From assembly GCF_002854065.1 (NCBI RefSeq), contig NZ_CP024147.1: a DNA stretch of 64,000 nt, one strand, 5' to 3'. The position numbers and the translations under genes are program-made. The stretch comes from Escherichia coli. Lineage in GTDB: Bacteria; Pseudomonadota; Gammaproteobacteria; Enterobacterales; Enterobacteriaceae. Every line of letters begins with the position of its first letter. The first letter of the stretch is position 1. The notes beneath the pieces were generated by a model, which worked only from the letters and a program-made list of their open reading frames with translations, did no database searches and was not told where the DNA came from. Of this stretch, positions 35,590 to 45,181 are shown in pieces.

Positions 35590-35740
35590 AATGGGGCGTT
35601 GAAGCGCCCCCAAAAATAAAGGGTAATATATAACAGAAGGTTTGTATAGTTAGAAGCAAGGTTGTGCTTCTAAAGGAAGTGGCTTGAGGGAGCCACTTAT
35701 ATGTTGGGGAGGCAAAGCCTCCCACAACATATCTTTTAGT
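35590..35740. terminator. cluster of four stem-loops between convergent quuD and nmpC
   Basis: GGGGCG-ttgaa-CGCCCC; GAAGCA-aggttg-TGCTTC; AAGTGGCT-tgaggg-AGCCACTT; GTTGGGGAGGC-aaa-GCCTCCCACAAC followed by T-run. Confidence 0.4.
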
Positions 35741-35747
35741 AATCAAA

Positions 35748-36830
35748 TTAGAACTGGTAAACCATACCTACAGCAACGATATCATCGGTAGCAACGCCAG
35801 ATGCTTTCGTGAAATCGCTCTTATCAATCAGGTTGATTTTGTAGTCAACAAAAGTGGACATATTTTTGTTGAAGTAATAGGTTGCACCTACATCAACATA
35901 TTCAACCAGGTCCTGATCACCCCAAACACCCAAGTCTTTTCCTTTAGAATGCAGGTAAGCAACGGATGGACGCAGGCCGAAGTCGAACTGATATTGTGCA
36001 ACAGCTTCGAAGTTTTGTGCTTTGTTGGCAATATGGTTATTACCAAAAACAGTCATGTTCTGGGTTTCAGAATAGGTGGTGGCCAGATAGATGTTGTTCG
36101 CATCATATTTCAGACCAGCTGCCCATACTTCAGCATTTTGACCAGAAGCATTCAGACCGTTGTTACCGTAGATAACCTGATTATTAGTGCGATCAGATTT
36201 AGCATAGGTTGCACCCACGCCGAATCCTTCATACTCATAAGTAGTTGAGAAACCGAAACCATCGCCATTAGCTTCAGTTACTTCATTTCGGTCATTTTTG
36301 CCCTGATACTGAGCTGCAAAGTTCAGGCCATCAACCAGACCAAAGAAGTCGTTGTTACGATAAGTTGCAACACCTGTGGTGCGACCAGTCATGAACACAT
36401 CTGTTTGGGTCCAGGTATCGCCACCGAATTCTGGCAGAACGTCAGTCCACGCACCGATGTCGTATGCTACACCGTAGTTACGGCCGTAATCGATTGAGCC
36501 GTAGTCACCGAATTTCAGGCCAGCGAAGGCAAGACGGGTTTTATCTTTGGAGGAACCTTGAGATTCAGCGCGGTTGCCTTTGAATTCATATTCCCACTGA
36601 CCGAAACCAGTCAGTTGATCGTTGATTTGGGTTTCACCTTTGAAGCCAAGACGGGCATAAGTAGTATCACCATCATCTGCATCATTAGAGGAGAAGTAGT
36701 GCTTAGCATTAACTTTCCCGTACAGATCCAGCTTGTTACTGTCTTTATTATAAATTTCAGCTGCCTGAGCAGACATCGCCATCAGTACTGATGCAGCTAC
36801 AGCAGAAATTGCCACTGTTAATTTTTTCAT
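35748..36830 (-). CDS. nmpC: OmpC/OmpF-family outer membrane porin, intact
   Basis: 360-aa ORF with signal peptide [23 protein letters not shown] and C-terminal ...VYQF; recognised as NmpC. Confidence 0.9.
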   Translation of the reverse strand: MKKLTVAISAVAASVLMAMSAQAAEIYNKDSNKLDLYGKVNAKHYFSSNDADDGDTTYARLGFKGETQINDQLTGFGQWEYEFKGNRAESQGSSKDKTRLAFAGLKFGDYGSIDYGRNYGVAYDIGAWTDVLPEFGGDTWTQTDVFMTGRTTGVATYRNNDFFGLVDGLNFAAQYQGKNDRNEVTEANGDGFGFSTTYEYEGFGVGATYAKSDRTNNQVIYGNNGLNASGQNAEVWAAGLKYDANNIYLATTYSETQNMTVFGNNHIANKAQNFEAVAQYQFDFGLRPSVAYLHSKGKDLGVWGDQDLVEYVDVGATYYFNKNMSTFVDYKINLIDKSDFTKASGVATDDIVAVGMVYQF

Positions 36831-37258
36831 CGTGAGCCCTTTTTTTTGAACTATTATTAAAAAATGATGTCACTGCGCGATAAATATTCATCTAATCAAT
36901 GTGATTATTTCAAGATGTAAGTTTTGGTTTCTCGTTTAATTTGTGAAGTAGATCTCTATTTTTATCTGAACTTTTTTCTATCGAATCCTATTCATGGCTC
37001 TTGGCTGAATAAAAATAAATCTATTAGCCAATTTATATTAATGGCTGTTATTTATAAGTGCTCTATAATTTGAAGGTTCAATTTAAATTGGCTAAAAATA
37101 ACGCTGGAAATTATTTGTTGGTTATTTGTTGAGATTTTCTTATGTATTTGTAGTGGTGTTTTCAATACTCGGTAGCATTCTCGCAAATATCATTTAGTGG
37201 TTTACGTACGTAAAAAATTGGTTATGCTGTTAAGAGTGGTTACTTCGTTACACAGCTT

Positions 37259-37290
37259 AAACCCGCCGTCGAGCGGGTTTTTCCATTTTT
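37259..37290 (+). terminator. tR'-like rho-independent terminator upstream of lysis genes
   Basis: ACCCGC-cgtcga-GCGGGT followed by TTTTT; about 115 nt upstream of holin start. Confidence 0.55.
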
Positions 37291-37403
37291 TGAGTCTCGA
37301 TATTAGCTGATAACCCAATACCTGAGTTATTCACTGACTCCGAGTCTGTTACGTTTCGTAGTATTCCCTCAATTTACACCCGCTTTGTCTGCGAGGTGGG
37401 GTT

Positions 37404-37619
37404 ATGAAATCCATGGATAAGTTAACAACGGGTGTCGCCTATGGCACCTCAGCAGGTAGTGCCGGGTACTGGTTTTTACAGCTGCTCGATAAAGTCACGC
37501 CCTCACAGTGGGCAGCAATAGGTGTGCTGGGTAGCCTGGTATTTGGCCTGCTGACGTACCTGACAAACCTTTATTTCAAGATTAAAGAAGATAAGCGCAA
37601 GGCTGCGAGAGGTGAATAA
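37404..37619 (+). CDS. essD: class II holin (phage 21 S-like)
   Basis: 71-aa ORF with two TM segments and charged C-terminus. Confidence 0.85.
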
Positions 37620-38116
37620 TGCCTCCATCATTACGAAAAGCTGTTGCTGCTGCTATTGGTGGCGGGGCTATTGCTATAGCATCTGTGTTAATCACTGGCC
37701 CAAGTGGTAACGATGGTCTGGAAGGTGTGAGACATAATCCTTACAAAGACATAGTTGGTGTATGGACTGTATGTTACGGGCATACAGGAAAAGACATCAT
37801 TCCCGGTAAAACGTATACCGAAGCAGAGTGCAAAGCCCTCCTGAATAAAGACCTTGCCACTGTCGCCAGACAAATTAACCGGTACATCAAAGTCGATATA
37901 CCGGAAACAACGCGCGGCGCTCTTTACTCGTTCGTCTACAACGTGGGTGCTGGCAATTTCAGAACATCGACGCTTCTTCGCAAAATAAACCAGGGTGATA
38001 TTAAAGGCGCATGTGATCAGCTACGGCGCTGGACATACGCTGGCGGTAATCAATGGAAAGGACTGATGACTCGCCGTGAGATTGAGCGTGAAGTCTGTTT
38101 GTGGGGGAAACAATGA
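37619..38116 (+). CDS. rrrD: phage lysozyme (endolysin)
   Basis: 165-aa ORF with T4-lysozyme-like motifs; ATG overlaps holin stop. Confidence 0.9.
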   Translation: MPPSLRKAVAAAIGGGAIAIASVLITGPSGNDGLEGVRHNPYKDIVGVWTVCYGHTGKDIIPGKTYTEAECKALLNKDLATVARQINRYIKVDIPETTRGALYSFVYNVGAGNFRTSTLLRKINQGDIKGACDQLRRWTYAGGNQWKGLMTRREIEREVCLWGKQ

Positions 38117-38571
38117 GCAGAGTAACCGCGATTATCTCCGCTCTGGTTATCTGCATCATCGTCTGCCTGTCATTGGCTGTTAATCATTACCGTGATAACG
38201 CAATCGCCTACAAAGAGCAGCGCGATAACAAGGCCAGTGAACTGGAGAAGGCGAACGCCACCATCGCTGACATGCGGAAGCGTCAACGTGATGTAGCAGA
38301 ACTCGACGCAAGATACACAAAGGAGCTTGCTGATGCTAACGCGACTATCGAAAGTCTCCGTGCTGATGTTTCTGCTGGGCGTAAGCGCCTGCAAGTCGCC
38401 GCCACCTGTGCAAAGTCAACGACCGGAGCCAGCGGCATGGGCGATGGAGAAAGCCCAGGACTTACAGCAGATGCTGAACTCAATTATTACCGTCTCCGAA
38501 GTGGAATCGACAAGATAACCGCGCAGGTTAACTACCTGCAGGAATACATCAGGACGCAATGCCTGAAATAA
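38113..38571 (+). CDS. rzpD: i-spanin Rz
   Basis: 153 aa from [17 protein letters not shown]; N-terminal TM then coiled coil; lambda Rz-like. Confidence 0.85.
   Translation: MSRVTAIISALVICIIVCLSLAVNHYRDNAIAYKEQRDNKASELEKANATIADMRKRQRDVAELDARYTKELADANATIESLRADVSAGRKRLQVAATCAKSTTGASGMGDGESPGLTADAELNYYRLRSGIDKITAQVNYLQEYIRTQCLK
38327..38518 (+). CDS. rzoD: o-spanin Rz1 lipoprotein embedded in +1 frame of Rz
   Basis: 63-aa ORF with lipobox LLGVSAC and proline-rich region, nested in Rz. Confidence 0.6.
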   Translation: MLMLTRLSKVSVLMFLLGVSACKSPPPVQSQRPEPAAWAMEKAQDLQQMLNSIITVSEVESTR

Positions 38572-38603
38572 TTTTTTTGCAAATCACAAAGTCCATTTAA
38601 TGA

Positions 38604-38627
38604 GCCTCGCGATGCGGGGCTTTTTTT
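38604..38627 (+). terminator. rho-independent terminator after lysis cassette
   Basis: GCCTCGC-gat-GCGGGGC hairpin followed by TTTTTTT. Confidence 0.55.
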
Positions 38628-38866
38628 ACATCTGAATTTCACAGCGCATCTCACGCGCATATTACATCACCCGAGCCTTTCAGAAAGTTGAGCCTGAGAA
38701 CTGCCGTATATGGTGGCGACCATCTCGGGGCGGCTTTTCTGTGAGACAGGCTCACTTTCTAAAAGGTAAAGACGCTATGAACCAATTAGAAGAAAAGCTT
38801 CAAAGAATGATTTCCTTATACAAGGAAGATAACTGCCAAAAAGTTCCTTAAAACATCGCAGAGTTA

Positions 38867-39265
38867 ATGGAATTGGCAAGTGAATTTTCTGGCATGCTTA
38901 AGTCGTCAGGTGTTCGGTCAGCGTTCTTTGTTGAAATGCTGATGCACGGCGGACTTATGGCAACAATGAGACGTGTAATGGAAGACCAGAGAAAAGAACC
39001 TCCTCAGGTATACGTTTTGTCATCGAAGAAAACTGGGCTAACCAAAATTGGGTATTCATCCAACATTCCACAACGCATCAAATCGCTTGGCAACTCTGGA
39101 CCAGACTGCTTGAAGCTTGAGTGCCTGATCCCTGGTGGAAGAGAAACTGAAAACATGCTTCATCGCAAATTTGCCGCAAAGAGAAAGCACGGTGAATGGT
39201 TCGCCCTGTCCAAGGATGACATTGAGGGATTGAAATCTGTAGCGATTACTTCTGATGGCTATTAA
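38867..39265 (+). CDS. T5orf172/GIY-YIG-like domain protein
   Basis: 132-aa ORF; motif VYVL..TGLTKIGYS..RIKSL...HRKF...HGEWFAL; in frame with a 24-codon upstream ORF separated by one TAA. Confidence 0.45.
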   Translation: MELASEFSGMLKSSGVRSAFFVEMLMHGGLMATMRRVMEDQRKEPPQVYVLSSKKTGLTKIGYSSNIPQRIKSLGNSGPDCLKLECLIPGGRETENMLHRKFAAKRKHGEWFALSKDDIEGLKSVAITSDGY

Positions 39266-39943
39266 TGCTTGTTTAGAGCAATTTTCATAACAACTCTTCA
39301 TTACAAAGCCCATCTACTGGTGGGCTTGATAATGAAACCGTGATTTACATCCCCACAATCCGGGTATGTAAAAGATAGTTCAGGCGAGAACGGATTTAAC
39401 TAAATCTGTGCGCCACCAGTTAACGGCAGTACCACGAAACAACCCAAGCCAGTAAGTGGGGAAATAACACCGGCAGCCACTGAAAGATGAACCTCCTGCC
39501 TTATGGCAAAAAAGATTCTTTGTGGTGGCGGACTGATGGAAAGACATCCTAATTTCAGCCAAACATTGAAGGAGTTGTTATGTCAGCAGAAGGTTTCAAT
39601 AACCCATCAAAATTCCGGGATGAGTGGGATAGCAGCGTAAAGAGTAAGTGATGCCATCACAAAAGCCATTCCCTACAGAGTGGCTTTGATAATGGCTTAT
39701 ACCCTACACGGGATAACTTAACTGATATCCTTTTTAAAGGATAAAGGTATTCAAGCCTGACACATCATGCGCTGTATCGTCGCCGTATTCCCGTATTAAC
39801 AGAGACCGTAGCCCGACGGGGAACTCCTTCTGCGCGAGTGTGCGGGAATAATCAAAAACGATGCACACCGGGGTTACCGGGTACACATATTTCATCATGC
39901 CAGCGAGTCCGGTTCTGGCACGGAAGAAACCGGACGTTATGAT

Positions 39944-40354
39944 TTAGTGCGGAAATATTTGTGTAGTGTTCTGAATGTTCTCAGTAAAGAGTAATGAATT
40001 ATCAAAGGTATAGTAATACCTTTTGTTTTCGTGGATATTTGTAATCCATCTGAAAACCCCTGCTGTAGCAAGATTTTTCCTGTATTCGTAAAATGATAAC
40101 TCTCCTGATTTGAATCCTTTTAATGTGGTTTCTATAAGGCATTTATTTTTTGAAAATCTTACATTTACAACCTTACCCTGTCCTTTTATTAAAACCGTAT
40201 TATCGTTTTCAAGAACAAGATGAATATTCTCTGTGGCTAAATAGTAAATGTAATGTGAGACATTGTGACGTTTTAGTTCAGAATAAAACCAGTGATAGTT
40301 TAAATTATTTCGCACTTTATCGAATATTTGTTTAAAAATGGCAACCTGAGCCAT
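39944..40354 (-). CDS. ybcV: prophage protein YbcV-like
   Basis: 136 aa from [14 protein letters not shown]; recognised tentatively. Confidence 0.55.
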   Translation of the reverse strand: MAQVAIFKQIFDKVRNNLNYHWFYSELKRHNVSHYIYYLATENIHLVLENDNTVLIKGQGKVVNVRFSKNKCLIETTLKGFKSGELSFYEYRKNLATAGVFRWITNIHENKRYYYTFDNSLLFTENIQNTTQIFPH

Positions 40355-40411
40355 TGTAGTACCTTCCATGTGATATGAAGGTACCTAGTCTGCACGATTA
40401 TCTAAATTGCT

Positions 40412-40645
40412 TCAATCTGGTCTGACCTGCTTTCTGAGCAATTCAGTAATGTCACTCTTTTCTTTGTTTGCTTCAGGCGAAACTCTTTTTTCTGAGCACA
40501 GTCTTCGGCGGCAGGCTTCAATGACCCAGGCTGAGAAATTCCCGGACCCTTTTTGATCAAGAGCGATGTTAATTTGTTCAATCATTTGGTTAGGAAAGCG
40601 GATGTTGCGGGTTGTTGTTCTGCGGGTTCTGTTCTTCGTTGACAT
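40412..40645 (-). CDS. ribbon-helix-helix-like small prophage protein
   Basis: 77-aa basic ORF; RNIRFPNQMIEQINIALDQKGSGNFSAWVIEACRRRL resembles RHH DNA-binding fold. Confidence 0.45.
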   Translation of the reverse strand: MSTKNRTRRTTTRNIRFPNQMIEQINIALDQKGSGNFSAWVIEACRRRLCSEKRVSPEANKEKSDITELLRKQVRPD

Positions 40646-40819
40646 GAGGTTGTCCCGTATTCAGTGTCGCTGATTTGTATTGTCTGAAGTTGTTTTTACG
40701 TTAAGTTGATGCAGATCAATTAATATGATACCTGCGTCATAATTGATTATTTGACGTGGTTTGATGGCGTAGATGCACGTTGTGACATGCAGATGATAAT
40801 TATTATCATTTTGCGGGTC

Positions 40820-41030
40820 CTTTCCGGCGATCCGACAGGTTACGGGGCGGCGACCTCGCGGGTTTTCGCTATTTATGAAAATTTTCCGGTTTAAGGCGTT
40901 TCCGTTCTTCTTCGTCGTAACTTAATGTTTTTATTTAAAATACCCCCTGAAAAGAAAGGAAACGACAGGTGCTGAAAACGAACTTTTGGGCCTTTGTCGT
41001 TTCCTTTCTCTGTTTTTGGCCGTGGAATGA
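40820..41030 (+). other. lambda-type cos site (cosQ/cosN/cosB)
   Basis: GGGCGGCGACCT cohesive-end sequence at 40845-40856 followed by Nu1-binding R-site repeats CGTTTCC and IHF-like AT tract; matches lambda left end. Confidence 0.75.
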
Positions 41031-41033
41031 ACA

Positions 41034-41858
41034 ATGGAAGTCAACAAAAAGCAGCTGGCTGACATTTTCGGTGCGAGTATCCGTACCATTCAGAACTGGC
41101 AGGAACAGGGAATGCCCGTTCTGCGAGGCGGTGGCAAGGGTAATGAGGTGCTTTATGACTCTGCCGCCGTTATAAGATGGTATGCCGAAAGGGATGCTGA
41201 AATTGAGAACGAAAAGCTGCGCCGGGAAGTTGAAGAACTGCGGCAGGCCAGCGAGACAGATCTCCAGCCAGGGACTATTGAGTACGAACGCCATCGACTT
41301 ACGCGTGCGCAGGCCGACGCACAGGAGCTGAAAAATGCCAGAGACTCCGCTGAAGTGGTGGAAACCGCATTCTGTACTTTCGTGCTGTCGCGGATCGCAG
41401 GTGAAATTGCCAGTATTCTCGACGGGATCCCCCTGTCGGTGCAGCGGCGTTTCCCGAACGGCACGGTCGATGTGTTCCGCGGCTGGGTCAGCAGTATCGG
41501 TAAGGCGGTGACGGCGAAGGAAGTGATTACCCGCACGGTGAAAGTCACCAACGTAGGACGTCCGTCGATGGCAGAAGATCGCAGCACGGTAACAGCGGCA
41601 ACCGGCATGACCGTGACGCCTGCCAGCACCTCGGTGGTGAAAGGGCAGAGCACGACGCTGACCGTGGCATTCCAGCCGGAAGGCGCAACCGACAAGAGCT
41701 TCCGTGCGGTGTCTGCGGATAAAACAAAAGCCACCGTGTCGGTCAGTGGTATGACCATCACCGTGAAAGGTGTTGCTGCAGGCAAGGTCAACATTCCGGT
41801 CGTATCCGGTAATGGTGAGTTTGCTGCGGTTGCAGAAATCAACGTCACCGCCAGTTAA
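41034..41858 (+). CDS. nohD: terminase small subunit Nu1 N-terminal 141 aa fused to tail tube V-like Ig (Big_2) C-terminal domain
   Basis: First 141 aa match lambda Nu1 ([30 protein letters not shown]...); remainder matches C-terminus of lambda gpV ending VTAS. Confidence 0.85.
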   Translation: MEVNKKQLADIFGASIRTIQNWQEQGMPVLRGGGKGNEVLYDSAAVIRWYAERDAEIENEKLRREVEELRQASETDLQPGTIEYERHRLTRAQADAQELKNARDSAEVVETAFCTFVLSRIAGEIASILDGIPLSVQRRFPNGTVDVFRGWVSSIGKAVTAKEVITRTVKVTNVGRPSMAEDRSTVTAATGMTVTPASTSVVKGQSTTLTVAFQPEGATDKSFRAVSADKTKATVSVSGMTITVKGVAAGKVNIPVVSGNGEFAAVAEINVTAS

Positions 41859-41873
41859 TCCGGAGAGTCAGCG

Positions 41874-42224
41874 ATGTTCCTGAAAACCGAATCATTTGAA
41901 CATAACGGTGTGACCGTCACGCTTTCTGAACTGTCAGCCCTGCAGCGTATTGAGCATCTCGCCCTGATGAAACGACAGGCAGAACAGGCGGAGTCAGACA
42001 GCAACCGGAAGTTTACTGTGGAAGACGCCATCAGAACCGGCGCTTTTGTGGTGGCGATGTCCCTGTGGCATAACCATCCGCAGAAGACAAAGCTGCCTTC
42101 TATGAATGAATTGGTGCTCATACGCACTCCGTTGCGATTGGTTCACATGGACACACCATCACCGTTAACGCTGCTGGTAACGCGGAAAACACCGTCAAAA
42201 ACATCGCATTTAACTATATTGTGA
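41874..42224 (+). pseudogene. tail assembly chaperone G-like fragment
   Basis: First ~80 aa match lambda gpG (MFLKTESFEHNGVTVTLSEL...), then diverge. Confidence 0.6.
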
Positions 42225-42234
42225 GGCTTGCATA

Positions 42235-42819
42235 ATGGCATTCAGAATGAGTGAACAACCACGGACCATAAAAATTTATAATCTGCTGGCCGGAACTAAT
42301 GAATTTATTGGTGAAGGTGATGCATATATTCCGCCTCATACAGGTCTGCCAGCAAACAGTACCGATATTGCACCGCCAGATATTCCTGCTGGCTTTGTGG
42401 CTGTTTTCAACAGTGATGAGGCATCGTGGCATCTCGTTGAAGACCATCGGGGTAAAACGGTTTATGACGTAGCGTCAGGGGACGCGTTATTTATTTCTGA
42501 ACTCGGTCCGTTACCGGAAAATGTTACCTGGTTATCGCCGGAAGGGGAGTTTCAGAAGTGGAACGGCACAGCCTGGGTGAAAGATGCAGAAGCAGAAAAA
42601 CTGTTCCGGATCCGGGAGGCGGAAGAAACAAAAAACAGCCTGATGCAGGTAGCCAGTGAGCATATTGCGCCACTTCAGGATGCTGTAGATCTGGAAATCG
42701 CAACGGAGGAAGAAACCTCATTGCTGGAAGCCTGGAAAAAGTATCGGGTGTTGCTGAACCGTGTTGATACATCAACTGCACCTGATATTGAGTGGCCTAC
42801 GAACCCTGTCAGGGAGTAA
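42235..42819 (+). CDS. tfaD: tail fiber assembly protein
   Basis: 194-aa Tfa-family ORF. Confidence 0.8.
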   Translation: MAFRMSEQPRTIKIYNLLAGTNEFIGEGDAYIPPHTGLPANSTDIAPPDIPAGFVAVFNSDEASWHLVEDHRGKTVYDVASGDALFISELGPLPENVTWLSPEGEFQKWNGTAWVKDAEAEKLFRIREAEETKNSLMQVASEHIAPLQDAVDLEIATEEETSLLEAWKKYRVLLNRVDTSTAPDIEWPTNPVRE

Positions 42820-42873
42820 TCATTGGGATTATGCCGCAGCACGTCTTAAGCAAGAACGTGCTGCGGTTGGATG

Positions 42874-43542
42874 CTATTTTTTCCCTGAAGCGGAAAACAT
42901 TACTACAGTACCTTGAACCTTGGTTTTAACATTCTCGAAATGCTCTGAGAGTATATGTGTTAAGCCTTCTTCAGAATCTTTTGTGTTTGAAAAGATGCCT
43001 TTCTGATTGTAAATGCGCATCAGTTTTTGACCGAAGCTATTGTGCACAACTCCATCGCCAAGAATTGTGGCTCCGTATAGAGTTCCATCGTCAGTTAAGG
43101 CCTGCGCCGCATTGCGTATTACACAGCTTTTTGTAGATATATTTCCAGGCAGGCAGTGAAGAAGGTAAAACATGGAAATGGAATCAAATTGACCATGTAA
43201 CGCCGCGGGATAAGGTTCAAAAACATCATGGCTAATTTTATGTTTAATTTTTGATTCCCCAGCCCTTGTAGATGCCGCGTTCAGGCTAGCTTCGTTCAAA
43301 TCCATTAAAGATATCAGACTACTCTCAGGTACGTGAGTAAGGTAAAACCCAGTTCCAACACCAATATCCAGATGGTTGTTACCTAAATGTTCCAGAAAGT
43401 GTGGAAGAAGGTGTTCCTTTGTAGGACATCCCCATGCAAGCCGATTTGATACTCCCAAAACCCACCAGTCATAAAGCTTTAGGGTAAGTGGTGTGTAAAT
43501 TTTAGCCCCATCATCTGTGTTTTTTTTCATTAATTTCACCAT
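42874..43542 (-). CDS. ybcY: class I SAM-dependent methyltransferase
   Basis: 222-aa ORF with motif I DIGVGTGF. Confidence 0.7.
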   Translation of the reverse strand: MVKLMKKNTDDGAKIYTPLTLKLYDWWVLGVSNRLAWGCPTKEHLLPHFLEHLGNNHLDIGVGTGFYLTHVPESSLISLMDLNEASLNAASTRAGESKIKHKISHDVFEPYPAALHGQFDSISMFYLLHCLPGNISTKSCVIRNAAQALTDDGTLYGATILGDGVVHNSFGQKLMRIYNQKGIFSNTKDSEEGLTHILSEHFENVKTKVQGTVVMFSASGKK

Positions 43543-43598
43543 GTTATAGTTTTATTTGTGAGTTAAATCAATTATGGCAATGAATTACAAGGGGTTAA

Positions 43599-43852
43599 AT
43601 GCTGCCGCAGCATAGCGATATTGAAATAGCCTGGTATGCTTCAATACAGCAGGAGCCGAATGGCTGGAAGACCGTCACCACACAGTTCTACATCCAAGAA
43701 TTCAGTGAGTATATTGCGCCACTGCAGGATGCTGTAGATCTGGAAATCGCAACGGAGGAAGAAAGATCGTTGCTGGAAGCCTGAAAAAAGTATCGGGTGC
43801 TGCTAAACCGTGTGGACACTTCCGTAGCACCAGATATCGAGTGGCTTATTCA
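43599..43852 (+). pseudogene. tfaX: tail fiber assembly gene remnant truncated by IS1
   Basis: C-terminal Tfa-like segment with internal TGA, duplicate of tfaD 3' end, interrupted by IS1. Confidence 0.6.
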
Positions 43853-43907
43853 GGTGATGCTGCCAACTTACTGATTTAGTGTATGATGGTGTTTTTGAGG
43901 TGCTCCA

Positions 43908-44183
43908 GTGGCTTCTGTTTCTATCAGCTGTCCCTCCTGTTCAGCTACTGACGGGGTGGTGCGTAACGGCAAAAGCACTGCCGGACATCAGCGCTATCTC
44001 TGCTCTCACTGCCGTAAAACATGGCAACTGCAGTTCACTTACACCGCTTCTCAACCCGGTACGCACCAGAAAATCATTGATATGGCCATGAATGGCGTTG
44101 GATGCCGGGCAACCGCCCGCATTATGGGCGTTGGCCTCAACACGATTTTCCGCCATTTAAAAAACTCAGGCCGCAGTCGGTAA
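43908..44183 (+). CDS. insA: IS1 InsA
   Basis: 91-aa [33 protein letters not shown]. Confidence 0.9.
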   Translation: MASVSISCPSCSATDGVVRNGKSTAGHQRYLCSHCRKTWQLQFTYTASQPGTHQKIIDMAMNGVGCRATARIMGVGLNTIFRHLKNSGRSR

Positions 44184-44605
44184 CCTCGCGCATACAGCCG
44201 GGCAGTGACGTCATCGTCTGCGCGGAAATGGACGAACAGTGGGGATACGTCGGGGCTAAATCGCGCCAGCGCTGGCTGTTTTACGCGTATGACAGTCTCC
44301 GGAAGACGGTTGTTGCGCACGTATTCGGTGAACGCACTATGGCGACGCTGGGGCGTCTTATGAGCCTGCTGTCACCCTTTGACGTGGTGATATGGATGAC
44401 GGATGGCTGGCCGCTGTATGAATCCCGCCTGAAGGGAAAGCTGCACGTAATCAGCAAGCGATATACGCAGCGAATTGAGCGGCATAACCTGAATCTGAGG
44501 CAGCACCTGGCACGGCTGGGACGGAAGTCGCTGTCGTTCTCAAAATCGGTGGAGCTGCATGACAAAGTCATCGGGCATTATCTGAACATAAAACACTATC
44601 AATAA
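44102..44605 (+). CDS. insB: IS1 InsB (expressed as InsAB' by -1 frameshift)
   Basis: 167-aa ORF in -1 frame relative to insA; A6C slippery motif at 44159-44165. Confidence 0.85.
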   Translation: MPGNRPHYGRWPQHDFPPFKKLRPQSVTSRIQPGSDVIVCAEMDEQWGYVGAKSRQRWLFYAYDSLRKTVVAHVFGERTMATLGRLMSLLSPFDVVIWMTDGWPLYESRLKGKLHVISKRYTQRIERHNLNLRQHLARLGRKSLSFSKSVELHDKVIGHYLNIKHYQ

Positions 44606-45181
44606 GTTGGAGTCATTACCGCTTATTCAACCATAATAAACAGTATGTATATCATAGGTTATTAATTGTGAGTTTTTTCGGTGTGTTATTTGTTTGTTTG
44701 ATGTTATGCTTTTGCGCCCCAAAAGGTTGTTTAGATGTATTTTATCAATTGATTTTCAATATCGTTTAATAAAGAAAAATTAAGCAAGCTGGATGTTGGT
44801 TTTTTGTTAATTGAATGGTTCTAATAATGTTTTTTTACTGTTGTTGAATGTGACTTGATAAGAAATGCAAGTAAAAATGATACTCTTTTTATTTTAAATT
44901 CAAACGGTTGACATATATATAGCAAGAGGTTTCAGGTGCGTTGTAGTGAGTTTATGTTAATAAAAAGTATAGTAAGCGTTGAAAAATGTAACTTTGAAAT
45001 ACGTTAGAATAAAAAACAATATACATATAATAATTTAATCTTAAATGAAATTTATTAAAATTTGCAAACTATAATTTTGTGTATAAAAATATAAATGCAC
45101 ATCATCCTGATTATGATTGTGTATTTAATTGGTTGTTATTTGACTGCTATCAACTTGTTTTAATTTTATGATAGGTGCAAG

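Larger units (their letters stand above)
43853..44620 (+). mobile_element. IS1 insertion sequence (768 bp)
   Basis: Canonical IS1 ends GGTGATGCTGCCAACTTACTGAT...; flanked by 9-bp direct repeat GCTTATTCA. Confidence 0.95.

Noticed and set aside
38867-39265. Possibility that this ORF is the Bor lipoprotein expected after Rz in lambda-like phages
   Set aside because: It is on the plus strand, has no lipoprotein signal peptide or lipobox, and shows a T5orf172/GIY-YIG-like motif instead.
39296-39720. Interpretation of the two stem-loop elements as integron attC sites or a CRISPR-like array
   Set aside because: Only two copies, no regular repeat-spacer periodicity, no integron integrase or cas genes nearby, and no recognisable attC core sites.
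41153-41848. 231-aa minus-strand ORF opposite the Nu1-V fusion
   Set aside because: Antisense frame inside a region with clear lambda Nu1/V identity on the plus strand.
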